Part shown: one piece after another, positions 28,299 through 36,461 of the stretch
Layout of the letters: every line of letters starts with the position of its first letter
Position numbering within the stretch: position 1 is the stretch's first letter
NCBI GenBank assembly: GCA_963540065.1
Contig: CAUTNK010000008.1
Span: 20,447 to 84,446, forward strand
Length of the DNA: 64,000 nt
DNA from: an uncultured Bacteroidia bacterium
Lineage (GTDB): Bacteria > Bacteroidota > Bacteroidia > Bacteroidales > CAJPTX01
Direction of reading: 5' to 3'
Made by a program: the position numbers and the translations under genes
The notes under the pieces: generated by a model
The model's input: the letters and a program-made list of their open reading frames with translations, nothing else
The model's database searches: none
What the model was told of the DNA's origin: nothing

Positions 28299-29486
28299 TT
28301 ACTCGATGATATCGATCACCTGTCCTGCACCTACGGTACGTCCGCCTTCACGAATCGCGAATCGTAATCCCTTGTTAATAGCCACAGGGTAGATAAGCTC
28401 TACAGAGATGGTGACATTATCGCCCGGCATAACCATTTCGGTACCTTCGGGTAGGGTAATTTCACCCGTTACGTCAAGAGTACGTAGATAGAACTGTGGA
28501 CGATACTTGTTGCTGAATGGAGTATGACGTCCGCCTTCTTCTTTTTTCAGGACGTAAACTTCTGCCTTAAACTTGGTATGCGGTGTGATAGAACCGGGCT
28601 TCGCCAACACCTGTCCGCGCTTAATTTCGTTCTTGTCGATACCGCGTAGCAACAGCCCCACATTGTCTCCCGCTTCCCCTTGATCGAGAAGCTTCTTGAA
28701 CATTTCGACACCAGTACAAACGGTCTTTTTCTTTTCAGCACCGAGACCAACGATTTCAAGTTCGTCGTTAATATGTACGGTACCTGTTTCAACACGTCCC
28801 GTAGCAACCGTTCCACGACCTGTAATGGAGAATACGTCTTCTACAGGCATTAGGAATGGTTTTTCGTTTTCGCGTGGGGGGATGGGGATGTACTCATCCA
28901 CAGCATCCATAAGTTCCATAATCTTTTCTACCCACTGTGGTTCGCCGTTTAGAGCACCGAGTGCGGATCCGCGGATGACGGGAGCGTTATCGCCGTCGAA
29001 CTTATAGAAGTTTAGTTTTTCGCGGATTTCCATTTCGACGAGCTCCAACATTTCGGGGTCGGAAACTTGGTCGCACTTATTCATGAAAACGACAATACGC
29101 GGCACGTTCACCTGACGAGCGAGAAGGATATGTTCGTTGGTTTGTGGCATAGGACCGTCGGTAGCAGCCACAACGATGATAGCACCATCCATCTGCGCAG
29201 CCCCCGTAACCATGTTTTTGACATAGTCGGCGTGACCTGGGCAGTCTACGTGTGCGTAGTGTCTTTTAGCGGTCTGATACTCCACGTGTGAAGTATTGAT
29301 GGTAATACCGCGTTCCTTTTCCTCAGGTGCATTATCGATAGAATCGAAAGAGCGCACCTCAGAGAGACCTTTTTCAGCTAGCACTTTTGTAATAGCTGCT
29401 GTTAAGGTAGTTTTTCCATGATCCACGTGCCCGATCGTACCAATGTTTACGTGAGGCTTGGATCTATCAAATTTTTCTTTTGCCAT
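28299..29486 (-). CDS. tuf: elongation factor Tu
   Basis: 395 aa with [17 protein letters not shown] and NKCD motifs. By recollection it is near-identical in long blocks to Bacteroides EF-Tu. Confidence 0.98.
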   Translation of the reverse strand: MAKEKFDRSKPHVNIGTIGHVDHGKTTLTAAITKVLAEKGLSEVRSFDSIDNAPEEKERGITINTSHVEYQTAKRHYAHVDCPGHADYVKNMVTGAAQMDGAIIVVAATDGPMPQTNEHILLARQVNVPRIVVFMNKCDQVSDPEMLELVEMEIREKLNFYKFDGDNAPVIRGSALGALNGEPQWVEKIMELMDAVDEYIPIPPRENEKPFLMPVEDVFSITGRGTVATGRVETGTVHINDELEIVGLGAEKKKTVCTGVEMFKKLLDQGEAGDNVGLLLRGIDKNEIKRGQVLAKPGSITPHTKFKAEVYVLKKEEGGRHTPFSNKYRPQFYLRTLDVTGEITLPEGTEMVMPGDNVTISVELIYPVAINKGLRFAIREGGRTVGAGQVIDIIE

Positions 29487-29548
29487 TTACCTTGCCTGTT
29501 AACCAATATATTTTTTCCCTTCACTCCTCCACCCAGACCCCATGTACG

Positions 29549-29620
29549 AGCCGATGATGAGAATTGAACTCATGACCTCTTCCTTACCAAGGAAGCGCTC
29601 TGCCCCTGAGCTACATCGGC
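29549..29620 (-). tRNA. tRNA-Thr (GGT)
   Basis: The minus strand reads GCCGATG-TA-GCTC-AGGGGCA-GAGC-G-CTTCC-TTGGTAA-GGAAG-AGGTC-ATGAG-TTCAATT-CTCAT-CATCGGC-T. Confidence 0.9.
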
Positions 29621-29628
29621 TTTCATCG

Positions 29629-29701
29629 AGCGGCAGACGAGACTCGAACCCGCGACCCTCAGCTTGGAAGGCTGATGCTCTACCGACTGAGCTACTACCG
29701 C
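29629..29701 (-). tRNA. tRNA-Gly (TCC)
   Basis: The minus strand reads GCGGTAG-TA-GCTC-AGTCGGTA-GAGC-A-TCAGC-CTTCCAA-GCTGA-GGGTC-GCGGG-TTCGAGT-CTCGT-CTGCCGC-T. Confidence 0.9.
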
Positions 29702-29752
29702 AATGCACATCCCTTTTGGCGCGTGAACGCCTTTTGAACGTTTTTTTTTGTG

Positions 29753-29834
29753 TGGGGAGAGCAGGATTCGAACCTACGAAGGCATCGCCAACAGATTTAC
29801 AGTCTGCCCCAGTTGACCGCTTTGGTATCTCCCC
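29753..29834 (-). tRNA. tRNA-Tyr (GTA), long variable arm
   Basis: The minus strand reads GGGGAGA...GCAGA-CTGTAAA-TCTGT...GGTTCGAATCC...TCTCCCC-A. It is 82 nt, closely parallel to class II bacterial tRNA-Tyr. Confidence 0.9.
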
Positions 29835-30024
29835 ATACCTTTTATGAAACTATAGAAAGAGCCTTTTCTTAGCTTTAACAGCCATCCCCCGCAAAAAAAA
29901 AAAACGAGGTGACCCCTTTCCCTTTCATTCTCCTTTTAGCAAAACGCTTACGACGCAACAACTAAGCGCTTTGTTAGAAGTTACTTCATTCAAACATCGA
30001 GGAGCTAACGCTATGCGAACCGAG

Positions 30025-30097
30025 AGCCGATGGAGGGGCTCGAACCCACGACCTGCTGATTACAAATCAGCTGCTCTACCAACTGAGCTACATCGGC
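30025..30097 (-). tRNA. tRNA-Thr (TGT)
   Basis: The minus strand reads GCCGATG-TA-GCTC-AGTTGGTA-GAGC-A-GCTGA-TTTGTAA-TCAGC-AGGTC-GTGGG-TTCGAGC-CCCTC-CATCGGC-T. There is one U-U mismatch in the T-stem. Confidence 0.88.
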
Positions 30098-30119
30098 CTC
30101 ACTTAACGCTAACAACGCG

Positions 30120-30151
30120 CAAAGTTAGTTACAATATTTTTATAAGCCAAA
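30120..30151 (-). promoter_or_regulatory. promoter of the tRNA-Thr/Tyr/Gly/Thr-tuf operon (-7 TAACTTTG, -33 TTTG)
   Basis: On the minus strand TAACTTTG is at 30120-30127 and TTTG at 30148-30151, with a 20-nt spacer. The -7 box ends 22 nt upstream of the first tRNA. Confidence 0.55.
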
Positions 30152-30271
30152 TTTGGACGTTCCCTGCTATTTAAGGGAATATTCGGTAGTAGCCCAAAAG
30201 CTCGCAACGACTTGGATCTAGAGCCCGTTTAGAGGGGGAGATTGGGTGGCACGGGATACAGTCGTCCGATT

Positions 30272-30598
30272 TTAGACAATTTCGAGGTCTTCGCCCTTAT
30301 TTTGCGCACGTTTTCCCCATCTTTTTTCGAGCTGTTTGTGTATAGCATCAACGGCTCCGTCTAATGCCTCTTCGAATGTAGGGCTTTCTTTTGATGCGAA
30401 GAATTCGCCTTTAGCATTTAACCGGATTTCTACAGATATTGCAGCACCGGCTTCTTCACGTTTTCGGATATTGACATCTACAGAACTAACCGAAGCATCG
30501 AATTTAAGTAGTTTTTCTACTTTTTGGTGCATTTTCTTTTCCTGTTTTTCAGTCAGTTCCAGACCGTGAATCACAAAATTTAGTTTTCCGTCAGACAT
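30272..30598 (-). CDS. hpf: ribosome hibernation promoting factor (HPF/RaiA family, short form)
   Basis: 108 aa in a sigma-54-modulation/S30EA-like beta-alpha-beta layout (LELTEKQEKKMHQKVEKL...FEEALDGAVDAIHKQLEK). Confidence 0.85.
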   Translation of the reverse strand: MSDGKLNFVIHGLELTEKQEKKMHQKVEKLLKFDASVSSVDVNIRKREEAGAAISVEIRLNAKGEFFASKESPTFEEALDGAVDAIHKQLEKRWGKRAQNKGEDLEIV

Positions 30599-30600
30599 CT

Positions 30601-31569
30601 CTATTCGTTTTTTGTCTCTTCGGTAGAGGAGACCTTGTTTCGTTTATTTTGTGCGACCTCGCCGCGAGGGTGGGCAAGGTTATAGTGCTCTTTGAGAAGT
30701 TTGAGGTCGGTATGGGTATAGATTTGAGTGGTGGCGAGTGAGGAGTGCCCGAGGAGATCCTTTATAGCAACAATACCGGCACCATTCTGCAAGAGGTGCG
30801 TGGCGAACGTATGTCGCAGGACGTGGGGGGATGCTTTCCCTTTGTGATTAGTATTTGTGCGTATGTATTGATTCACGACCCAGTAGAGAAAAGCCTCGCT
30901 TATTGGTTGGTTTTTATTATCTACTAAGATAGCATAATTTTGGGGAATTGATTGGTCGAAATACGCTTCAGTTTCGGCGCGATAGTTCTGCAGGTACATT
31001 TGTACTTCGGTAGTAATGGGAATGAGGCGTTCTTTTTTCCTTTTTCCATGAATGAGCATTATGGCTTCGTGTGGATTGTAGTCGAACCACGTTAACTTGA
31101 GAAGTTCGCTTCGTCTGAGCCCCATGGTATAGAGAAGGAGGAGAATAAGGCGATCGCGACGACCTTTCCAATCGTTTGAGAAGGAATCAGGCGCGAGGAG
31201 TTGCACCATTTCGGGTTCGGAGAGGAAAGTCGGCAGGTATTTCGGCGCACGAGGTCGCGGGACAGCTTTTACCGGATTCTGCTTCACCACCTCGGTCTGC
31301 TGTAGATAGCGAAAAAAGCTACCGATAGAAGCTAAATGCCGGTTAGCTGTTCGTGGCGTTATCCCATTTTTCAACGAACGGGCAAGCCACACACGTACAT
31401 CCCCAACGGAGACAGTCTCGCAGACAGCGCTTGTTATTTCCGAACAGCCAAGACTTTTGAAAAAAGCCCGAATATCCCGTTCGTAGGCAATCAGAGTAAG
31501 GTCAGAGGCGTGTCTGACAAAACGCAAGTGCGCAAGAAAGCGCGAGCACAAATCTTCAGCTTCTGGCAT
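30601..31569 (-). CDS. tyrosine site-specific recombinase, XerC/XerD-like
   Basis: 322 aa with an N-terminal SAM-like domain and a catalytic region (GLRRSELLKL...HVLRHTFATHLL...LGHSSLATTQIYTH). It sits in the conserved Bacteroidetes rpsU-recombinase-hpf context. Confidence 0.85.
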   Translation of the reverse strand: MPEAEDLCSRFLAHLRFVRHASDLTLIAYERDIRAFFKSLGCSEITSAVCETVSVGDVRVWLARSLKNGITPRTANRHLASIGSFFRYLQQTEVVKQNPVKAVPRPRAPKYLPTFLSEPEMVQLLAPDSFSNDWKGRRDRLILLLLYTMGLRRSELLKLTWFDYNPHEAIMLIHGKRKKERLIPITTEVQMYLQNYRAETEAYFDQSIPQNYAILVDNKNQPISEAFLYWVVNQYIRTNTNHKGKASPHVLRHTFATHLLQNGAGIVAIKDLLGHSSLATTQIYTHTDLKLLKEHYNLAHPRGEVAQNKRNKVSSTEETKNE

Positions 31570-31621
31570 GGCTCGAGCTAACTGCAGGTAGCCCTAGGAC
31601 TACCCTATGAGCTGTATCCGC

Positions 31622-31816
31622 TTAAATGGATTCTTTATCTTGCATCTGCTGTATATACTGAGCATGCAAGATTTCCTCGCGACGACGTACAGAAGGCTTT
31701 GTATAGGCGGTTCTACGACGAATCTCGCGCATAGTACCCGTTCTGTCGAATTTCCGCTTAAACCGTTTCAATGGGCGGTCGATAAGTTCACCTTCTTTTA
31801 CTTGTACGATAATCAT
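31622..31816 (-). CDS. rpsU: 30S ribosomal protein S21
   Basis: 64 aa from ATG 31816 (MIIVQVKEGELIDRPLKRFKRKFDRTG...), an S21 family sequence. The ORF is open to 31867, but that extension is not S21-like. Confidence 0.9.
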   Translation of the reverse strand: MIIVQVKEGELIDRPLKRFKRKFDRTGTMREIRRRTAYTKPSVRRREEILHAQYIQQMQDKESI

Positions 31817-31864
31817 GTCTATACCTAAAAAATGACCTCTGAAATATGCTCCTAAACACTCCCG

Positions 31865-31896
31865 CAAAGTTAGTTAAAGTGTTTGGAACGAACAAA
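31865..31896 (-). promoter_or_regulatory. rpsU promoter (-7 TAACTTTG, -33 TTTG)
   Basis: On the minus strand TAACTTTG is at 31865-31872 and TTTG at 31893-31896, with a 20-nt spacer. The 13-mer TAACTAACTTTGC is shared with the tRNA-tuf promoter. Confidence 0.55.
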
Positions 31897-31915
31897 AGAG
31901 AGGAGTCGCGTAAAT

Positions 31916-32189
31916 CTATTTCGTCTTTTGCGGTAGTTTGACCACGAGGGTTGCATCGTTTTTTAGGGTTACTACAAGTTGTGCATCTTCTTTGGGGGCA
32001 GATTCTAATCTGCTAATGGTAAAACCCTCCGATATCCACTTAAAGTCGTATTCGGTAAGTGTGGCGAAATTAAGATGTTCGCGATAAACATACTGTGTTA
32101 TGTTCGTATTCGCATGATGGTAACAAACAGCTGAGGATTCCTAGCGCTGCAGTAGCTAGCAAGATCAGGTTTGTATGGGTGCATTTCAT
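31916..32189 (-). pseudogene. small lipoprotein gene interrupted by a frameshift
   Basis: ATG 32189 opens MKCTHTNLILLATAALGILSC... (a lipobox-like LSC) and stops after 39 codons. A second frame, open from near the signal peptide, runs to TAG 31916 (...YREHLNFATLTEYDFKWISEGFTISRLESAPKEDAQLVVTLKNDATLVVKLPQKTK). The total span of 274 nt is not a multiple of 3. Confidence 0.4.
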
Positions 32190-32338
32190 GGCTAGGGGTG
32201 AATGTTTAGGATGTTAAAAACGGGAAACGAATAACGCTCATGCGCACAGGTATTACACATCCTAAAGATAATCTTTTTTCGCAACAACAGTAGGTAGCGT
32301 CGAATCTTTACCTTTGTGCTCGATATTCTTTGCGGGGG

Positions 32339-33400
32339 ATGGAGAAAAAGAAAAGTCGCCTTCGGCTACGTAAGGTTTGGCGCATCTTGCTTGTAATTGG
32401 ACTGTTGCTCGTGGTTGGCTTCGGTTTCTTGGTTTACCAATTTTACGACACGTATTGGAAAAGTGCCACCACGTTTGATGAAGCGAGTCATCTGCTACAC
32501 ATCCCGCGTAATTCTAGTTTTGACGATGTGATTCAGATTCTGGAGCGAGATAAGCTTGTAACGGATATTTATTTGCTTCGCTCGTACGCTAAACTAAAGG
32601 GTTACGACGGCAAACAGTATTCGGGTTGTTATACGTTGAAGCATGGGACATCGCTTCGGGATCTGATGCTTCTACTTATCTCGCGACGCCAAACCCCAAT
32701 ACGCTTGGTAGTACCCAGTGTCCGCACTACAGAAGAATTGGCAGGACGCTTAGCAAAACAACTTGATATAGATTCGTTGGAGTTACTTAGTCAGCTCACC
32801 GATCCGCGAGTTGCAGAAAGTTATCATTTTACCTTGGCAACATTCCCGGCGATGTTCATACCCAATACTTACGAGGTGTACTGGGATACATCGCCCCAAA
32901 AGCTTTTGCAACGCTTACACAAAGAATATCTTGCTTTTTGGAATACCGCGCGTAAGGAACAAGCGCGTGCACTTGGACTCTCAGAAATCGAGGTTGCGAC
33001 ACTAGCATCAATTATTCAAGAAGAAGTATTACACGAGGATGAACTACCCAAAATTGCAAGAGTTTATTTGAATCGGCTTCGGATTCAGATGCCACTACAA
33101 GCATGTCCGACAGCAAAGTTTGCAGCGGGAGATATGACGCTTACTCGTGTCCTACACGTACATACACAAATAGAATCGCCCTACAATACGTATAAACACT
33201 TGGGGTTACCGCCAGGACCTATTCGTTACCCTAGTATGGCTGCACTGAAAGCTGTCTTAAAACCCACAAAACACGATTATCTTTTCTTTTGTGCAAAAGC
33301 AGACTTTAGTGGATATCATCAGTTCTCGCGCAGTGCTGAGCAACATGCTCGTTATGCTCGGGAATACCAAAGAGAACTGAATCGTAGGGGAATACGCTAA
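32339..33400 (+). CDS. mltG: endolytic murein transglycosylase MltG (YceG-like)
   Basis: It has an N-terminal TM helix and a YceG-like domain with a conserved ASIIQEE motif and a C-terminal ...FFCAKADFSGYHQFSRSAEQH. ATG 32339 was chosen; TTG 32330 is also open. Confidence 0.85.
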   Translation: MEKKKSRLRLRKVWRILLVIGLLLVVGFGFLVYQFYDTYWKSATTFDEASHLLHIPRNSSFDDVIQILERDKLVTDIYLLRSYAKLKGYDGKQYSGCYTLKHGTSLRDLMLLLISRRQTPIRLVVPSVRTTEELAGRLAKQLDIDSLELLSQLTDPRVAESYHFTLATFPAMFIPNTYEVYWDTSPQKLLQRLHKEYLAFWNTARKEQARALGLSEIEVATLASIIQEEVLHEDELPKIARVYLNRLRIQMPLQACPTAKFAAGDMTLTRVLHVHTQIESPYNTYKHLGLPPGPIRYPSMAALKAVLKPTKHDYLFFCAKADFSGYHQFSRSAEQHARYAREYQRELNRRGIR

Positions 33401-33505
33401 AACTTTTGTATGCTTTATGTTTGCGAAATTCAACACTCTACACATATCTTTTTAGACGAAGGTATAGACTTCAAAAAAAAAATTGACTTCTCCTTACCTG
33501 ACTAT

Positions 33506-33547
33506 AAAAAAAGGGAATCGCCCCCAAACGGTAGCAATTCCCTTTTT
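33506..33547. terminator. bidirectional terminator between convergent mltG and the T9SS repeat protein gene
   Basis: An A-run (33506-33512) is followed by stems GGGAAT (33513-33518) and ATTCCC (33537-33542), then TTTTT. Confidence 0.55.
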
Positions 33548-33577
33548 ATAGTTTAATGGGTTACTTCGTATGAAAAA

Positions 33578-35749
33578 CTATTCTCTCACCACACGCAGTG
33601 TCTTAACAACATCGCCAGAAAGAATACGCAGTAAATAAACACCTGCTTTTAAATTTTCCGAATTAAGTATCGTTTCTGTACCTTCTAAAGCACCTTGATA
33701 TAAAATAGAACCATTTGTATCTAAAAGCTCATAACGTGCATTTACAACCTCTTTATGATTAATTCTTAATTGCGACGAAAAGGGGTTGGGTGCAACAATG
33801 ATGCTTGAGAGTAAAGTATCTTCTACAGCATTGGGTGTAGGCGCGACATTCGTACGAAGTATTTTCACCTCTTTTGCTATATCTCCTTTTTCATCTAATA
33901 CTACGTGCTGCGTATCGTTTAATTGAGCTTTTTTGGGTAAATCGATTCGGCAATCACTAAGCGTCAACTTCGCAAGATCGCCTATAGCAAACTTAGAACC
34001 CTTGGCAGTCACTGCTGCATGTTTTATAATTAAGGTCTCCTCTTGTTTCCCATCAACACCTGCTATTCCATAGTCACCTGATGTTTCAAGAGTAATTTCC
34101 GAAATCGTTAATGAGACTTTTGGGAATATATAACAACCAGCAGAAGATTTAGCTTCAATAATAAGCTTTCCGTCGCCTTGAAGCGTAGTAGACTCAGAAA
34201 CGGTAATTCCTGTAGTGTTGGTCATTAGCTTATTTTCTCCGGATACTTTGATAATTAGTTCCTTAATACTTTCGTTATGTATTGCTAGTGCGGTACTCTC
34301 TATCGTTACTCCTTTCATTGATAAGGTTTTCATAGCAGGGTCGTATTTAAAATGTCCTCCTTGAATTACCGTAACACCTGTAATTCCACTTAAATCGTTA
34401 GAATTGGCATTGGTAACCTTTACTTTAGCGATATTAAGCCCATACTCTATAATAGGTACTATTTTAACCTCCTTCGCCTTATTCCCATCTGCATCTACTA
34501 CAACATACTTGGTAGCGTCGAAGTTACCACCTGCGGGCGATATAATGTCGCAACCGGTAAGCGTGAATTTTGCAAAAGCACCTATAGCTGCTTCGGCTCC
34601 CTTAGCACTCACTACTGCATTATTAATAATAAGCGTTTCATGGAAAGTTCCCCCTTGCCCACTTATTCCCCGCTGCTTTCCTTCAACCTCAAGAGTAATA
34701 TTTGAAATAGTTAACGTAACATTGGAATTTAGTTCAATTCCGTTATTTTTAGAACACTCAACAAGAAGCTTTCCGTCGCCTTGAAGCGTAGTGTTTTTGT
34801 CTAAGAATATCCCTCTTGTGTACCAGAAGCCACTCCCTTTCAACTTATTCTCTCCAGAAACATCAATGATTAAATTTTCAACACGTTGATTCCAAATTGG
34901 CGTTTTATCACAATCTATCGTTACTCCTTTCATCGATAACGTTTTCGCAGTAGGGTCATATTTAAAATAGCCCCCCTCAGCAACCTTAATACCCTCCGCA
35001 ATTTTACTTAAGTCCTTACAGTTTTTATCGGTTACAGCAACATTAGCTATGAAAAGCCCCAGATAGTCGTTAGGTTGTATTTCTACATAATCTGCCATTT
35101 GATGATTCTTATCTACTATCATATGTTTCGAATTGTCCCAGGTAGCACCCTCAGGTTTTACAATTCGGCAATTATTAAAAGTACACTTGGCAAAGTTTGC
35201 TATAGCTTTAGACCACACTTTTGCATTATCAATAATGAGTTCTTCTTTATTAGTCGTACCCATTATTCCTTCCCCTCCCTGAGCCTCTACGTGAAGAATG
35301 GTATTTGAAATAGTTAATGTAGCCTCAGATTGTACGCTAATTACTTTCGCTCCATATGTGTTCAAGTCAAGCGTTCCATCACCTTGAATAATTGTAGATT
35401 TCTTAAATAACATTACGAGATCATCCAGCTGCACTTCTATATCACCAGAGATATTGATGATTAAACCATCGATGTTCTCATTATCAATTATTGGATCTCC
35501 AATTCCTGAGCTTTCAGGCACCTTCACTCCCTTCATTGATAAGGTTTTCATATCAGGGTCGTACTTAAAATAGCCCCCCTCAGCAACCTTAATACCCTCC
35601 TTAATTTTACTTAAGTCCTTACAGTTTTTATCGGTTACAGATACACCAGCGATCTTAAGACCATACTCAACCGCGTTAGCGGGCGATACCCACAAAAACA
35701 ATGCAAAAAGAACTGTGAGCCAAGCGAGCATTTGTAATTTTCTTATCAT
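33578..35749 (-). CDS. T9SS cargo protein made of three ~200-aa tandem repeats plus a C-terminal sorting domain
   Basis: The start is set at ATG 35749 (MIRKLQMLAWLTVLFALFLWVSPANA, a signal peptide). The repeats each begin GL.IA.V.VT..N..DLS.I...I.V..GG.FKYDP..KTLSMKGV. The sorting domain reads VAPNPFSSQLRI...AGVYLLRI.... Confidence 0.8.
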   Translation of the reverse strand: MIRKLQMLAWLTVLFALFLWVSPANAVEYGLKIAGVSVTDKNCKDLSKIKEGIKVAEGGYFKYDPDMKTLSMKGVKVPESSGIGDPIIDNENIDGLIINISGDIEVQLDDLVMLFKKSTIIQGDGTLDLNTYGAKVISVQSEATLTISNTILHVEAQGGEGIMGTTNKEELIIDNAKVWSKAIANFAKCTFNNCRIVKPEGATWDNSKHMIVDKNHQMADYVEIQPNDYLGLFIANVAVTDKNCKDLSKIAEGIKVAEGGYFKYDPTAKTLSMKGVTIDCDKTPIWNQRVENLIIDVSGENKLKGSGFWYTRGIFLDKNTTLQGDGKLLVECSKNNGIELNSNVTLTISNITLEVEGKQRGISGQGGTFHETLIINNAVVSAKGAEAAIGAFAKFTLTGCDIISPAGGNFDATKYVVVDADGNKAKEVKIVPIIEYGLNIAKVKVTNANSNDLSGITGVTVIQGGHFKYDPAMKTLSMKGVTIESTALAIHNESIKELIIKVSGENKLMTNTTGITVSESTTLQGDGKLIIEAKSSAGCYIFPKVSLTISEITLETSGDYGIAGVDGKQEETLIIKHAAVTAKGSKFAIGDLAKLTLSDCRIDLPKKAQLNDTQHVVLDEKGDIAKEVKILRTNVAPTPNAVEDTLLSSIIVAPNPFSSQLRINHKEVVNARYELLDTNGSILYQGALEGTETILNSENLKAGVYLLRILSGDVVKTLRVVRE
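34923..35640. repeat. intragenic tandem repeat with a 603-bp period and near-identical blocks
   Basis: 34923-35037 and 35526-35640 share two perfectly identical runs of about 36 and 38 nt (ttaaaatagcccccctcagcaaccttaataccctcc and aattttacttaagtccttacagtttttatcggttacag). A third, more diverged unit lies near 34300-34420. Confidence 0.85.
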
Positions 35750-35966
35750 TTTCCTAGCTTTTAATAAACCGTCGACAAATAAAAAACTTTTTGGAGACAA
35801 TACAACTATTGAACAACGATATTGCAAGAAATACCTACTTGGCGAGTAGGCGAATCCTACTTGAAAAGCATTTGGGTAATAAACATTCAGCACGCATAGC
35901 AGTATATTGAAACTTACGAAAAGATAAGGATATCCGCTATGGCAGTTGAGGAATAATCGCTCCCTA

Positions 35967-36461
35967 TTAGTCTTTACGCAATAATCCCGGTTGTGGGAAA
36001 TCATTGCTATAGTAACTAATACCGTTGGTAGTCTTTTGAAAAGTAGCAATAGTTAACCCATTCGTTATCGCGAGGAAAGGGGCATTAAGCACCGAATTGT
36101 AGGTAGCAATCTGCCAGATGGTTTCCTTCGATAATCGGACATGCGCCGCTTTACATTCGATAAGGAGATGAGGTTGCATGTGGGTGGAATATACCAAGAT
36201 ATCTACCCGCTGGGGTTGTCGGTTAACCCATACACGCTGTTCGACACGGATTAAGGTCGGTGAGTAGCCTTTTGCTTCTATCAGATAGTTCAGAACATGC
36301 TGCCTTACCCACTCTTCTGGCGTGAGGGGTACCCACATAGCACGTCTTTCGTCGTATACAGAATACGCCTCGCTATCCGCTCTTTTTTCCGAACGAATCT
36401 GTAAATCGGCAGGCGGTAAACTTAAGGTCGGGAACAGGTTCTTCACGCGAATTATCTGCAC
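35967..36461 (-). CDS. HsdR N-terminal-domain-like PD-(D/E)xK fold protein (stand-alone)
   Basis: 164 aa with LTPEEWVRQHVLNYL and a D...ECK motif (RVDILVY...LLIECK), typical of the small Bacteroidetes type I restriction enzyme HsdR N-terminal domain family. Its start overlaps the purA stop by 10 nt. Confidence 0.7.
   Translation of the reverse strand: MQIIRVKNLFPTLSLPPADLQIRSEKRADSEAYSVYDERRAMWVPLTPEEWVRQHVLNYLIEAKGYSPTLIRVEQRVWVNRQPQRVDILVYSTHMQPHLLIECKAAHVRLSKETIWQIATYNSVLNAPFLAITNGLTIATFQKTTNGISYYSNDFPQPGLLRKD

Noticed and set aside
30601-31569. The tyrosine recombinase as a marker of an integrated mobile element next to the tRNA array.
   Set aside because: It sits in the conserved housekeeping rpsU-recombinase-hpf arrangement. 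There is no flanking direct repeat of a tRNA 3' end and no cargo genes, which is consistent with a chromosomal Xer-like enzyme.
35750-36049. A 100-codon N-terminal extension of the T9SS repeat-protein ORF (the track gives 33578-36049).
   Set aside because: The extension overlaps the HsdR-N-like gene, has no signal peptide and has odd composition. A textbook signal peptide begins at Met101 (ATG 35749).
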